Below, in pieces: positions 18,895-27,533 of a stretch of DNA of 64,000 bases (position 1 is the first letter of the stretch; each line of letters starts with the position of its first letter). Below the pieces are notes generated by a model. That model saw nothing but the letters and a program-made list of their open reading frames with translations, was not told the DNA's origin and did no database searches. The stretch is from an uncultured Bordetella sp. Lineage in GTDB: Bacteria > Pseudomonadota > Gammaproteobacteria > Burkholderiales > SG8-41. The translations under genes and the position numbers were made by a program. The stretch is from NCBI GenBank assembly GCA_964533495.1, contig CAZHJU010000003.1:18995-82994 (forward strand), in the 5' to 3' direction.

Positions 18895-19929
18895 ATGCCC
18901 TCTTCACGCCTGCGGATCACCAGCCCCGACGCCTGGGTCGGCCCGGAAATCCAGCAAGACCCGGCCTGGATCTGCCGCCTCGACAAATCCGACATCGCCG
19001 GGATCGACGCCGCGCTGGCCAGCGCCAAACGCGGGGGCCTGCGCATCCCCTTCGAATCCCCGGCCTTTCCGCTGCCGCGGCTGCGGAAAAAACTCGACGG
19101 CATCCTCGACGAAATCGAGAACGGTCGCGGCTTCAAGCTGATCCGCGGCATTCCCCGCGGGCGCTACAGCGATGAAGACTGCGAACTGATCTACTGGGGC
19201 ATTGCCAGCCATTTCGGCGCGCCGGTGTCGCAGAACGCGCGCGGCCATCTGCTCGGCCATGTCCGCGACGAGGGCCGCCAGATCGAAGATCCCAATGCCC
19301 GCGCCTACCAGACCAGCCAGCGCATGGATTTCCACACCGACATGCTGCCGATCGACGTGCTCGGCCTGTTCTGCCTGCGCACCGCGAAGTCCGGCGGCGC
19401 CAGCAAGCTGACCAGCGCGCTGACCATCCACAACGTGCTGCGCGCGGAACGGCCGGATCTGCTGGAGGCGCTCTACGGCCTGTTCCACCTCGACTGGCGC
19501 GGCGAGGAGCCTGCCGGCGAACAGCCCTGGTTCAGCATCCCGATGTTCAGCGAGTCGCAGGGGAAAATCACCGCGCGCATCTGCAGCCTGGTGTATTACG
19601 AGTCCGCGGCGCGCTTCGGCGAACGGTACCGGCCGACGGCGCTGCAGCGCGAGGCCCTGCTCGCGGTGCAGGAAATCGCCAACCGCCCGGAGCTGATGCT
19701 GACCATGGATTTCCAGGAAGGCGACATCCAGCTGATCAACAATCACACGATGATGCACGCGCGCGAGGCCTACGAGGACCACCCGGAGCCGGAACGCCAG
19801 CGCCACCTGCTGCGGATGTGGATCGCGGTGCCGGACGGAAAGCGCCGGCCGCTCGCCGATGCGCTGGCGGACCGTTACCGCTGGGTGCAGCGCGGCGGCA
19901 TTCCGGCAAAAAACCGGGCCGCCGCCTGA
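18895..19929 (+). CDS. TauD/TfdA-family Fe(II)/2-oxoglutarate-dependent dioxygenase (second, divergent paralog)
   Basis: 344 aa. MDFHTDM (HxD) and INNHTMMHAREAY distal His/Arg region. N-terminal domain differs from the preceding paralog. Confidence 0.8.
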   Translation: MPSSRLRITSPDAWVGPEIQQDPAWICRLDKSDIAGIDAALASAKRGGLRIPFESPAFPLPRLRKKLDGILDEIENGRGFKLIRGIPRGRYSDEDCELIYWGIASHFGAPVSQNARGHLLGHVRDEGRQIEDPNARAYQTSQRMDFHTDMLPIDVLGLFCLRTAKSGGASKLTSALTIHNVLRAERPDLLEALYGLFHLDWRGEEPAGEQPWFSIPMFSESQGKITARICSLVYYESAARFGERYRPTALQREALLAVQEIANRPELMLTMDFQEGDIQLINNHTMMHAREAYEDHPEPERQRHLLRMWIAVPDGKRRPLADALADRYRWVQRGGIPAKNRAAA

Positions 19930-19961
19930 ACCCGCAAGAATTCGACACCACCGGAGGAACC

Positions 19962-20936
19962 ATGAACCTGCGCGCAACACTGTCCTGCCTGCTCGCGGCC
20001 GCGGCGGCGTCCGTTCCTGCCTCTGCACAGGCGCAGCCCTATCCGGCAAAGCCGGTCCGCATCGTCGTGCCCTTCCCGGCCGGCGGCAACGCCGACATCT
20101 TTGCGCGGGCCTTCGCGCAAAAGCTGGGCGACGCTTGGAAACAGACGCCGATCGTCGACAACCGCGCCGGCGCCGCCGGCATCATCGGCACCCAGTTCGT
20201 CGCGAAATCCCCCGCCGATGGTTACACGCTGCTGTTCGGCACCACCGGCACCCACACCACCAATCCCGCGGTCTACGCGAAACTGCCCTACGACCCGGTG
20301 AAGGATTTCGCGCCGGTCAGCAATTTCGCCGACTCGCCCTTCCTGCTGGTGGTGCATCCCTCGGTGCCGGCGAACACGCTGCAGGGCCTGGTCACGCTGG
20401 CAAAGTCGCGCCCGGGACAGCTCGATTACGCCTCCTTCGGCACCGGCAGTTCGGCCCACCTCGCCGGCGAAATGCTGCGCACGACGGCGGGCATCAATGT
20501 CGTGCACGTCGCCTACAAGGGCGGCCCGCCCGCGGTCGCCGATCTCGTCGGCGGCCATGTGTCGCTGATGTTCAATTCGCTGCCCGCCGTGCTGCCGCTG
20601 GTGAAGGCCGAACGGCTGCGCGCGCTGGCCGTGGCCGCGGCGAAACGCGCGCCGACGCTGCCCGGATTGCCGACTTTCACCGAAGCCGGTTACGACGGAT
20701 TCGAGGCGGGCTCCTGGTACGGCGTTCTTGCGCCGGCCGGCACGCCGCGCGAGGCGATCACCCGGCTGCACGCGGAAACCGTGCGCATGCTGGCGTTGCC
20801 CGACATCCGGCAGAAACTCGCCACCGAAGGCGCCGAGGCGATCGGCAATTCGCCGGAGGAATTCGCGGCGCAGATCCGGCGCGACATGGCGCGCTGGGCC
20901 AAGGTGGCGCGCGAGGCGAATATTCCGCAGCAGTGA
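19962..20936 (+). CDS. Bug/TctC-family periplasmic solute-binding protein
   Basis: ATG 19962 in ORF 19818..20936. Signal peptide ...PASAQAQ, then AKPVRIVVPFPAGGNAD, YASFGTGSSAHL, HVAYKGGPPA. Confidence 0.9.
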   Translation: MNLRATLSCLLAAAAASVPASAQAQPYPAKPVRIVVPFPAGGNADIFARAFAQKLGDAWKQTPIVDNRAGAAGIIGTQFVAKSPADGYTLLFGTTGTHTTNPAVYAKLPYDPVKDFAPVSNFADSPFLLVVHPSVPANTLQGLVTLAKSRPGQLDYASFGTGSSAHLAGEMLRTTAGINVVHVAYKGGPPAVADLVGGHVSLMFNSLPAVLPLVKAERLRALAVAAAKRAPTLPGLPTFTEAGYDGFEAGSWYGVLAPAGTPREAITRLHAETVRMLALPDIRQKLATEGAEAIGNSPEEFAAQIRRDMARWAKVAREANIPQQ

Positions 20937-20946
20937 CGGCGGGCGC

Positions 20947-21549
20947 TCAGCGCAGCGCCGACCCGTCCACCCACGCGGCCAGATCGTCGAGGATGCCGGT
21001 GACGGCAACGCCGAAAGCCTGCACGGCGCCCGGCGCGTCATGGGTCGGCGCCGGCACCGTGCGTTCGAAACTGCGCCGCGCCAGCAGCACCCGCCGCAGC
21101 GGATCGGTCAGTTCCGCCGTCACCGCCACGCGCACGTTTCCGGGCGCGCTGGAGGCATCGTGATAGAACTCGGCAAGATGCACGCCGAGAATGACATCGC
21201 CCCGGACCCCGCTGACCGCCGTGGCCACCGCCCTGAACGATCTCGCGCGCTCCAGGCGCGCGACCAGCAGTTCGGTGAAGCGCCGGCCCGGCCGTTCGGT
21301 CCAGGCATGGAACTGGTAATAAGCACGCTGGCCGGGAGCCCGGCTGTAGACGATGTCCGGCGATTCGTAGAACCCCGACACGGTGGCCGGCGTGACGAGC
21401 AGCGTCGTCGCGCGCGCGGACGCCGCCGTCCCTGCGGCTCCGGCCCCGGCCTCAAGCACGTAATGGCGCCGGGTCTCCTGCGGCCCCAGCGACGTACAGC
21501 CGGCAAGAACCATCATAATCGCGACCAGCGCCGCAAACGGCGTTCTCAT
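20947..21549 (-). CDS. ABC-type transport auxiliary lipoprotein (PqiC/DUF330-like)
   Basis: 200 aa. Lipobox VLAGC after the signal peptide. Last gene of the MCE/Mla-like operon and overlaps the MCE gene by 4 nt. Confidence 0.7.
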   Translation of the reverse strand: MRTPFAALVAIMMVLAGCTSLGPQETRRHYVLEAGAGAAGTAASARATTLLVTPATVSGFYESPDIVYSRAPGQRAYYQFHAWTERPGRRFTELLVARLERARSFRAVATAVSGVRGDVILGVHLAEFYHDASSAPGNVRVAVTAELTDPLRRVLLARRSFERTVPAPTHDAPGAVQAFGVAVTGILDDLAAWVDGSALR

Positions 21550-22490
21550 TTCATTCTCTCCCCGGGTCCGAGGGCGGACTCCGCCGGACCGAACAGCGCG
21601 CGCGACGGATCCTCCAGCCTGCGCGCCGCCGCGCCCAGCGCGTCGGCCGTGGCCCGCAGTTCCTGCGCGGTCACCCGCAGCTCGACATTGCCGTCGGCCA
21701 GCAGCGCATCCATCCGCCCCGACAGGTTTCCGACATCGGCGCTCATCCGCGTCACCGCCGCGGCAATATCGCGCACCGCCACGGCCGAGGTTTCGCCCAG
21801 CGTGTCGTAACGCGATGCCAGCCGCTGCGCGTCCTCCCTGACGGCGATGCTCATGCGCCGCACCTCGTCCGCGGCGCCGCCCAGGGACGCCAGCGTCCGG
21901 TCGAATCCCGACATGCTGCGGCTCATGTCGCCCGAAATCCGGCGCAGGTTGACCAGAAGCTCGCTGAGCGCCACCTGGTTCTCGTCGGAAAGGGCGCCGT
22001 TGATGCGCTGCATCGTCTCGCCGGCATGCTGTGCCACCTGCGCCATCGACTCCGTGAATTTGTACTCCGACTCGCCTTCGGCGATCAGCGGATAGGGCTC
22101 GCCCGGCGGCGCGTCGGTCAGCGGCGGGCTGTCCCCGTCACTGTTGGTCAGGCGAATGCTCGCGATGCCGGTGAGCAGTTGCCGTTCGACCATCGCGCGC
22201 GTGCCCAGCCGGACCGGGGTGGAGCCGTCGACGCGGATCAGCACCTCCACCGAACCGGGGCGGCGGGCCGAGATCCGGAATCCGGTCACCGCGCCGACCC
22301 TGATGCCCTGCATCTTGACGTCGCTGCGGATCTGCAGGCCCTCGAGCGACTGTTTTGCGAAATAGATCTTGAACGCCACCTCGTTGCCTTCGACGCCGGA
22401 GCCCTTCAGCCAGATGGCGGCGGCCACGATCAGCGCCAGCAGCACCAGCACCGTCGCTCCGACCACCGTGTATTTCGCTTCCGGTTCCAT
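21546..22490 (-). CDS. MlaD/MCE-family substrate-binding protein
   Basis: 314 aa. N-terminal TM anchor (VVGATVLVLLALIVAAAIWL), MCE domain (QIRSDVKMQGIRVGAVTG), and a long helical C-terminus. Confidence 0.8.
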   Translation of the reverse strand: MEPEAKYTVVGATVLVLLALIVAAAIWLKGSGVEGNEVAFKIYFAKQSLEGLQIRSDVKMQGIRVGAVTGFRISARRPGSVEVLIRVDGSTPVRLGTRAMVERQLLTGIASIRLTNSDGDSPPLTDAPPGEPYPLIAEGESEYKFTESMAQVAQHAGETMQRINGALSDENQVALSELLVNLRRISGDMSRSMSGFDRTLASLGGAADEVRRMSIAVREDAQRLASRYDTLGETSAVAVRDIAAAVTRMSADVGNLSGRMDALLADGNVELRVTAQELRATADALGAAARRLEDPSRALFGPAESALGPGERMK

Positions 22491-23311
22491 CAGCCTCCCT
22501 TTTTCCCGGCCGGCGCTCGCGCCGCAAAATAATCTCTGACCCAGGGATCGCCGCTGCGCTTCACCTCGCCCACCGTCCCGTCCACGATGACCCTGCCGCC
22601 CGACAGCACGATCACGCGGTCGACGATGGAAAGCAGTGTATCCAGATCATGGGTCACGATAAAGACGGTCAGCCCCAGGGCATCGCTGAGCACCCGCACC
22701 AGACTGTCGAAGGCGCGGGCACTGATCGGATCGAGGCCCGAGGTCGGCTCGTCGAGAAACAGTATCTCGGGCTCCAGCGCCAGCGCGCGCGCCAGCGCAA
22801 CCCGCTTGCGCATGCCGCCGGACAGTTCGGCGGGCATCTTTGCGCCCGTTTCCGGCGGCAGCCCCGCCAGCGACAGCTTGAAGCCGACCAGCGGCGGAAT
22901 CAGGTCGGCCGTCAGCGCGCTGTGCTCCCGGAACGGCACGGCGATGTTTTCGGCGACGGTCAGCGACGAAAACAGCGCGCCGTCCTGGAACAGCATGCCG
23001 AAACGCCGGCGCAGGCGGCTCAACTCGCCGGGGTCGCAGTTCCAGACGTCCACGCCGAGCAGGCGCACCGTGCCGGCGGACGGCCGCAGCAGGCCGATGA
23101 TCTCCCGCACCAGCACCGATTTTCCGGTGCCACTGCCGCCGATCAGGGCCACCACCTGCCCGCGCCGCACGTCGAAGCTGACGCCATCGTGCACGGTCGT
23201 GGCACCGAAGCGGGTGACGATGCCGTCCACCTGCAGCACCGCGTCCCGCCCCGCGGAAGCTGCCGCCCCATCTCCGTTCACCGCGCCCCTGTCCACCGCT
23301 TCCCCGTCCAT
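22490..23311 (-). CDS. ABC transporter ATP-binding protein (MlaF-like)
   Basis: Walker A GGSGTGKS, signature LSGGMRKRVALARAL, Walker B ILFLDEPTSGLD. Confidence 0.88.
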   Translation of the reverse strand: MDGEAVDRGAVNGDGAAASAGRDAVLQVDGIVTRFGATTVHDGVSFDVRRGQVVALIGGSGTGKSVLVREIIGLLRPSAGTVRLLGVDVWNCDPGELSRLRRRFGMLFQDGALFSSLTVAENIAVPFREHSALTADLIPPLVGFKLSLAGLPPETGAKMPAELSGGMRKRVALARALALEPEILFLDEPTSGLDPISARAFDSLVRVLSDALGLTVFIVTHDLDTLLSIVDRVIVLSGGRVIVDGTVGEVKRSGDPWVRDYFAARAPAGKKGG

Positions 23312-24445
23312 TCAGATATCCAGGTGCTGGAACACGATCGCGAACACCGCGTCGAGCACGATCACCCAGACGATGCTCTGCACGACGGTGGACGTGGTGT
23401 TGAGGCCGACGCTGCGCGCGTCCCGCGCCACCAGCATGCCCATGCGGCAGGCGATCATCGCGATGAAGGCCGCGAACACCGGCGCCTTGACCAGCCCGAC
23501 CACCGGCGCGCTCAGCGGCAGCACGCCGTGCAGCCGCTCGATGAACGACGGCACCGAGATGTCCAGTTGCCAGGAGGCGACCAGCATGCCCCCGGCAAGG
23601 CCGGCGAGGTCGCCGACGAAAACCAGCAGGGGCAGCGCCACCATGAGCGCCACCAGCCGGGGGATCACCAGCACCTGCACCGGCGACAGGCCGAGGACGC
23701 TGATCGCGTCGATCTCCTCCTGCACCTTCATCGTGCCGATCTGCGCGGTGAACGCCGCGCCCGAGCGCCCCGCGACGATGACGGCGACCAGCAGCGGCGC
23801 CAGCTCGCGGCAGACGGCGAGGCCCACGCCGTCGACGACGAAGATGTTGGCGCCGTAACGCTGCGCCTGCAGGCCGAGCAGATAGGCGAACACCACGCCG
23901 ATCAGGAAGGTCACCAGCGCGGCGATGGGGATCGCGTCGAGGCAGACCGTCTCGAACTGCGAGACCGTCTCCTTGAAACGGAACAGTTTCGGCCGGCGCA
24001 GCAGCGCCAACAGCTCCGAAGCCACGACGCCGACGAATCCGACATGGGCCCGCAGCATCCTCAGCACGTTGAGCGTCGCCACGCCGATCCGCGACAGCAC
24101 GCCGCGATGGTATGCCTTGGCGCCGGCCGGCGGGCAGGTCATGCGCTGGCGCACGAGGTCGAGCAGTTTTTCGTGACGCGGATCGAAGCCGCGCAGGGTC
24201 ATCATCGATCCCGCGCAACCCGCCCCTTCGAGATGCCTGCAAAGGATGAAACCGGCGGCGGTATCGAGTTCCTCCAGGCCACTGCCGTCCAGCACGATGC
24301 CGTCACAGGCCTCCGGCGCGGCGGATTGCAGCGCCCCGGCAATCGCCCCGAGGTTGGACAGGCGCCAGACGCCGTTCAGACGCAGAACGCCGGTGCCGTT
24401 TTCGGTTTCGAAGCGCAGCCAGGAAGATGCATCGCCCATGTCCAC
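23312..24445 (-). CDS. MlaE-family ABC permease with an N-terminal STAS (MlaB-like) domain fusion
   Basis: 377 aa. The first ~100 aa resemble STAS (VLRLNGVWRLSNL...VLDGSGLEELDTAAGFIL). The rest is MlaE-like (RELAPLLVAVIVAGRSGAAFTAQIGTMKVQEEIDA). Start is GTG 24445 or ATG 24439. Confidence 0.8.
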   Translation of the reverse strand: MDMGDASSWLRFETENGTGVLRLNGVWRLSNLGAIAGALQSAAPEACDGIVLDGSGLEELDTAAGFILCRHLEGAGCAGSMMTLRGFDPRHEKLLDLVRQRMTCPPAGAKAYHRGVLSRIGVATLNVLRMLRAHVGFVGVVASELLALLRRPKLFRFKETVSQFETVCLDAIPIAALVTFLIGVVFAYLLGLQAQRYGANIFVVDGVGLAVCRELAPLLVAVIVAGRSGAAFTAQIGTMKVQEEIDAISVLGLSPVQVLVIPRLVALMVALPLLVFVGDLAGLAGGMLVASWQLDISVPSFIERLHGVLPLSAPVVGLVKAPVFAAFIAMIACRMGMLVARDARSVGLNTTSTVVQSIVWVIVLDAVFAIVFQHLDI

Positions 24446-24547
24446 ATGATACAGGCTGGCAGCCGGGCGCCGGTGCCTCCCGGCAGATGCACCGTGCCGC
24501 CGGCGGCGGGGCCGGCGGGGAATTCCTTATTTAAAAATCAGATACCC

Positions 24548-24569
24548 GAAAATGCGGCCTGAAAATGCG
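24548..24569. repeat. short direct repeat GAAAATGCG x2 upstream of the MCE operon
   Basis: GAAAATGCG at 24548..24556 and 24561..24569 (13-nt period), in the 137-nt gap between the Bug stop and the MlaE-like start. Function unknown. Confidence 0.4.
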
Positions 24570-24582
24570 CGGTGCGGAACAC

Positions 24583-25557
24583 TCACTGCTGCTGGATGCC
24601 CACCTGCGCGGCGACTTTCCTGTAGCGCTCCAGTTCGCCGCGGATGCGCTTGCCGAATTCCGCGGTGCCCATGGTGGTCGTTTCCGCGCCGCCGACGGTG
24701 GCGTAACGCTTCTTCACATCCGGATTCTTCAGCACGGCGGCCGAAGCTTCGTAGAGTTTCGCCACCACGTCCTTCGGCGTGCCCTTCGGCGCGAACAGGC
24801 CGACCCAGATCGAGGCGTCGACGCCGGGGATGCCGGCTTCCTGCGCCGACATGTAATCGGGCACCTGCGGCGAGCGTTTCGCCGTGGTCACGCCGAGCAC
24901 CTTGACGCGTTTCGCCTGCAGGTGCGGCAGCACGCCAGGCAGGCCGGCAACGGTGAACACGACCTCGTTCGCGGCCACCGCCGACACCGCCGGCGCGCCG
25001 CCCTTGTACGGCACGTGCAGCGCCCTGGCGCCGGCCGCGGCGACCAGCCATTCGGTGGCCATGTGATTGACCGAGCCGGTGCCCGGAGAGCCGAAGGCCA
25101 GTTGGCCCGGCTTGGCCTTGGCGCCGGCGATCAGGTCCTTCAGCGTATTGAACGGCGAGGCGGCATTGACCACCACCAGCATCGGCGCGTCGCTGACCAT
25201 GATGATCGGCGTGAAGTCACGCTCGACGTCGTAGGGCATCTCCCTGAACAGCACCGGATTCACCGACATCTCGCCGGTGTGCGCGGCGAGCAGCGTGTAG
25301 CCGTCGGGCGTCGCCCGCGCGGTGGTGCCGGTGGCGATGAAGCCGTTGGCACCGGGGCGGTTGTCGACGACGAACTGCCAGCCCCTGTCCTCGGAAATCT
25401 TCATCGTCAGGATGCGCGCCGAGGTGTCGACCACGCCGCCGGGGGCGAAAGGCACCAGCACGCGGATCGGCTTGTTCGGGTAATCCGCGGCCTGCACGGA
25501 CAGCGTCAGAACGGCGGCAAATGCGGAAACGAACACGGAAACAGGCAGGCTCCTCAT
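24583..25557 (-). CDS. Bug/TctC-family periplasmic solute-binding protein
   Basis: 324 aa. Signal peptide ...LSVQAAD, then NKPIRVLVPFAPGGVVD, FGSPGTGSVNHM, HVPYKGGAPA. Last gene of the Mo-hydroxylase/UbiD operon. Confidence 0.9.
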   Translation of the reverse strand: MRSLPVSVFVSAFAAVLTLSVQAADYPNKPIRVLVPFAPGGVVDTSARILTMKISEDRGWQFVVDNRPGANGFIATGTTARATPDGYTLLAAHTGEMSVNPVLFREMPYDVERDFTPIIMVSDAPMLVVVNAASPFNTLKDLIAGAKAKPGQLAFGSPGTGSVNHMATEWLVAAAGARALHVPYKGGAPAVSAVAANEVVFTVAGLPGVLPHLQAKRVKVLGVTTAKRSPQVPDYMSAQEAGIPGVDASIWVGLFAPKGTPKDVVAKLYEASAAVLKNPDVKKRYATVGGAETTTMGTAEFGKRIRGELERYRKVAAQVGIQQQ

Positions 25558-25586
25558 AATTTTTCCTTTATAATCAAGTACTTATA

Positions 25587-27047
25587 TTATAGCTTCAGCA
25601 GGTGACGCCATTTCTCGCGCACCTGCTCCTGCAATGCCTTGCTCGCCTCGGCCACCGCCGGGAAATCGTGCAGGTGATCGTAGGGCCGGCAGGCATCGAT
25701 GATCGCCTTCGAATTGTACGGCGCGTCGGAGCGGTAGGCGACGAACATCGGATCGTTCTTCGAGCCCATGCCGCGGCGGATGATGTCGATGTCGACTTCG
25801 GGATCGCTGCGCGTGGCCACCGCCCACATCACCTCCTGCAGGTTCGAGGGATCGATGTCCTCGTCGACCACCACCGTGTAGCGCGACATGTAGGCGCCGA
25901 CGCCGCACTGGTTGAGGATCAGCGCGGCCTGGCGCGCATGGCCGGCGTAGCGCTGCCGGATCGCCACCACGTTGAACATGCGCGCGCCGCCGATCTCGTG
26001 CGCCCACACGCCCGTCACGTCGGGCACGCCCGCGGCGAGCAGCGCGTCGAACAGCAGCGCCGAGCGCATCACGGCCTTCGAATATGAATAATCGTTCGGC
26101 GGCTTCGCCGGCGGGCTGCCGACGATGACCGGATCGTTGCGGTAATAGACGCGCTCGACGGTCATCACCGGCGCCGTGCCCTCCTTGCCGGGGTAGTAGC
26201 CGTGGAATTCGCCGAAGGGCCCCTCGAGTTTCACGTCGCCGGGATAACAGTGGCCCTCAAGCACGATCTCCGCCGCGGCGGGAACCGGCAGGCCGGTCAG
26301 CCCGCCGTGCACCACCCGCACCGGCTCGCCGAGGATGGCGCCGATGTAGTTGTACTCGCACATGCCGAAGGGCACTTCGATGCCGGAGATCAGGTAGCCC
26401 AGCGGATCGCAGCCGATGACGATCGCCACCGGGAAGGGCTTGCCGGCCTTCATGTGCTTGTCGTACTGGATCGCGCCGTGCTTGCCGGGAATCATGTCGA
26501 GGCCGACATGGTTTTTGTCGTGCACCATCACGCGGTAGGTGCCGACGTTGACCCAGTCGCTATCGTAATCCTTCGTCACCACGCAGCAGCCGGTGCCGAT
26601 GTACGGCCCGCCGTCTTTTTCATGCCACAGCGGCGACGGAAAAATATCGATGTCGACGTCCTTGCCCGATTGCGCGTTTTCCAGCACCGCCCCGGTTTCG
26701 GCCACTACCGGTTCGTATTCCGGAGCCCCGGCCTGCCAGCCGCGGGGCTTGCCGCGCAGCGCCTGCACCAGGCCGCGGTGGCTGCGCTCGACCGGCATGC
26801 GCAGCAGCGAGGACAGCCGCGCCGGGCTCGCCGTGGTGCAGGTGACGACGCGAAAACCTTTCGGATAGCCCGGAATCTCGTCGAACAGCAGCGCCGGCGC
26901 GCCGTCGACCTTGACGTTCATCTCGCTGATCGCGCCGAGCTCGAGTTTCGCGTCGGCGCCCGGAACGTCCTTCAGTTCACCGAGTCCGCGCGCGGTGTCC
27001 AGCCAGGCACGCAGGTCGAGGGGATTGCCGGCCGGACGTTGCGCCAT
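25587..27047 (-). CDS. UbiD-family (prFMN-dependent) reversible decarboxylase
   Basis: 486 aa. UbiD-like size and motifs (NVGTYRVMVHD, GPFGEFHGYY). No UbiX-like gene in the window. Confidence 0.85.
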   Translation of the reverse strand: MAQRPAGNPLDLRAWLDTARGLGELKDVPGADAKLELGAISEMNVKVDGAPALLFDEIPGYPKGFRVVTCTTASPARLSSLLRMPVERSHRGLVQALRGKPRGWQAGAPEYEPVVAETGAVLENAQSGKDVDIDIFPSPLWHEKDGGPYIGTGCCVVTKDYDSDWVNVGTYRVMVHDKNHVGLDMIPGKHGAIQYDKHMKAGKPFPVAIVIGCDPLGYLISGIEVPFGMCEYNYIGAILGEPVRVVHGGLTGLPVPAAAEIVLEGHCYPGDVKLEGPFGEFHGYYPGKEGTAPVMTVERVYYRNDPVIVGSPPAKPPNDYSYSKAVMRSALLFDALLAAGVPDVTGVWAHEIGGARMFNVVAIRQRYAGHARQAALILNQCGVGAYMSRYTVVVDEDIDPSNLQEVMWAVATRSDPEVDIDIIRRGMGSKNDPMFVAYRSDAPYNSKAIIDACRPYDHLHDFPAVAEASKALQEQVREKWRHLLKL

Positions 27048-27050
27048 TGG

Positions 27051-27527
27051 TCAGCCTTTGCGTTTTTTCGCCGCCAGCCGCACGGCCTTGACGATTTCCG
27101 GGTAGGCCGCGCAGCGGCAGAGATTGCCCGAGAGGTAGTGGCGGATCTCGTCGTCCGCCGGATCGGGGTGCGCGTCGAGCAGCTGGCGCGTCATCAGGAT
27201 GAAGCCCGGCGTGCAGAAGCCGCACTGGAAGGCCCCGGTTTCGATGAACGCCTGCTGCACGGCATCGAGCCCGCCTTCGCCGGCCTGCGGCTCCTCGATC
27301 GTGCGCACGTCGGCGCCGTCGACCAGCGTCGCCATCGTTAGGCAGCCGGAGACCGCCTGGCCGTCGACGATCACCGTGCAGCAGCCGCAGAGTCCCTGGG
27401 CACAGCTTTCGCGCGCGCCGAAAAGCCCCTGCCCCTGCAGCAGCTCGACCAGGTTCTGGTGGTTGCCGGCGCGCGCCGTGACCGGGCTGCCGTTGAGCGT
27501 GAAGGAAATGTTCCTGTGCGTGGTCAT
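27051..27527 (-). CDS. (2Fe-2S)-binding small subunit of a xanthine dehydrogenase/CoxS-family molybdenum hydroxylase
   Basis: 158 aa. CAQGLCGCCTV and FQCGFCTPGF cluster motifs. Confidence 0.92.
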   Translation of the reverse strand: MTTHRNISFTLNGSPVTARAGNHQNLVELLQGQGLFGARESCAQGLCGCCTVIVDGQAVSGCLTMATLVDGADVRTIEEPQAGEGGLDAVQQAFIETGAFQCGFCTPGFILMTRQLLDAHPDPADDEIRHYLSGNLCRCAAYPEIVKAVRLAAKKRKG

Positions 27528-27533
27528 GGTCTC

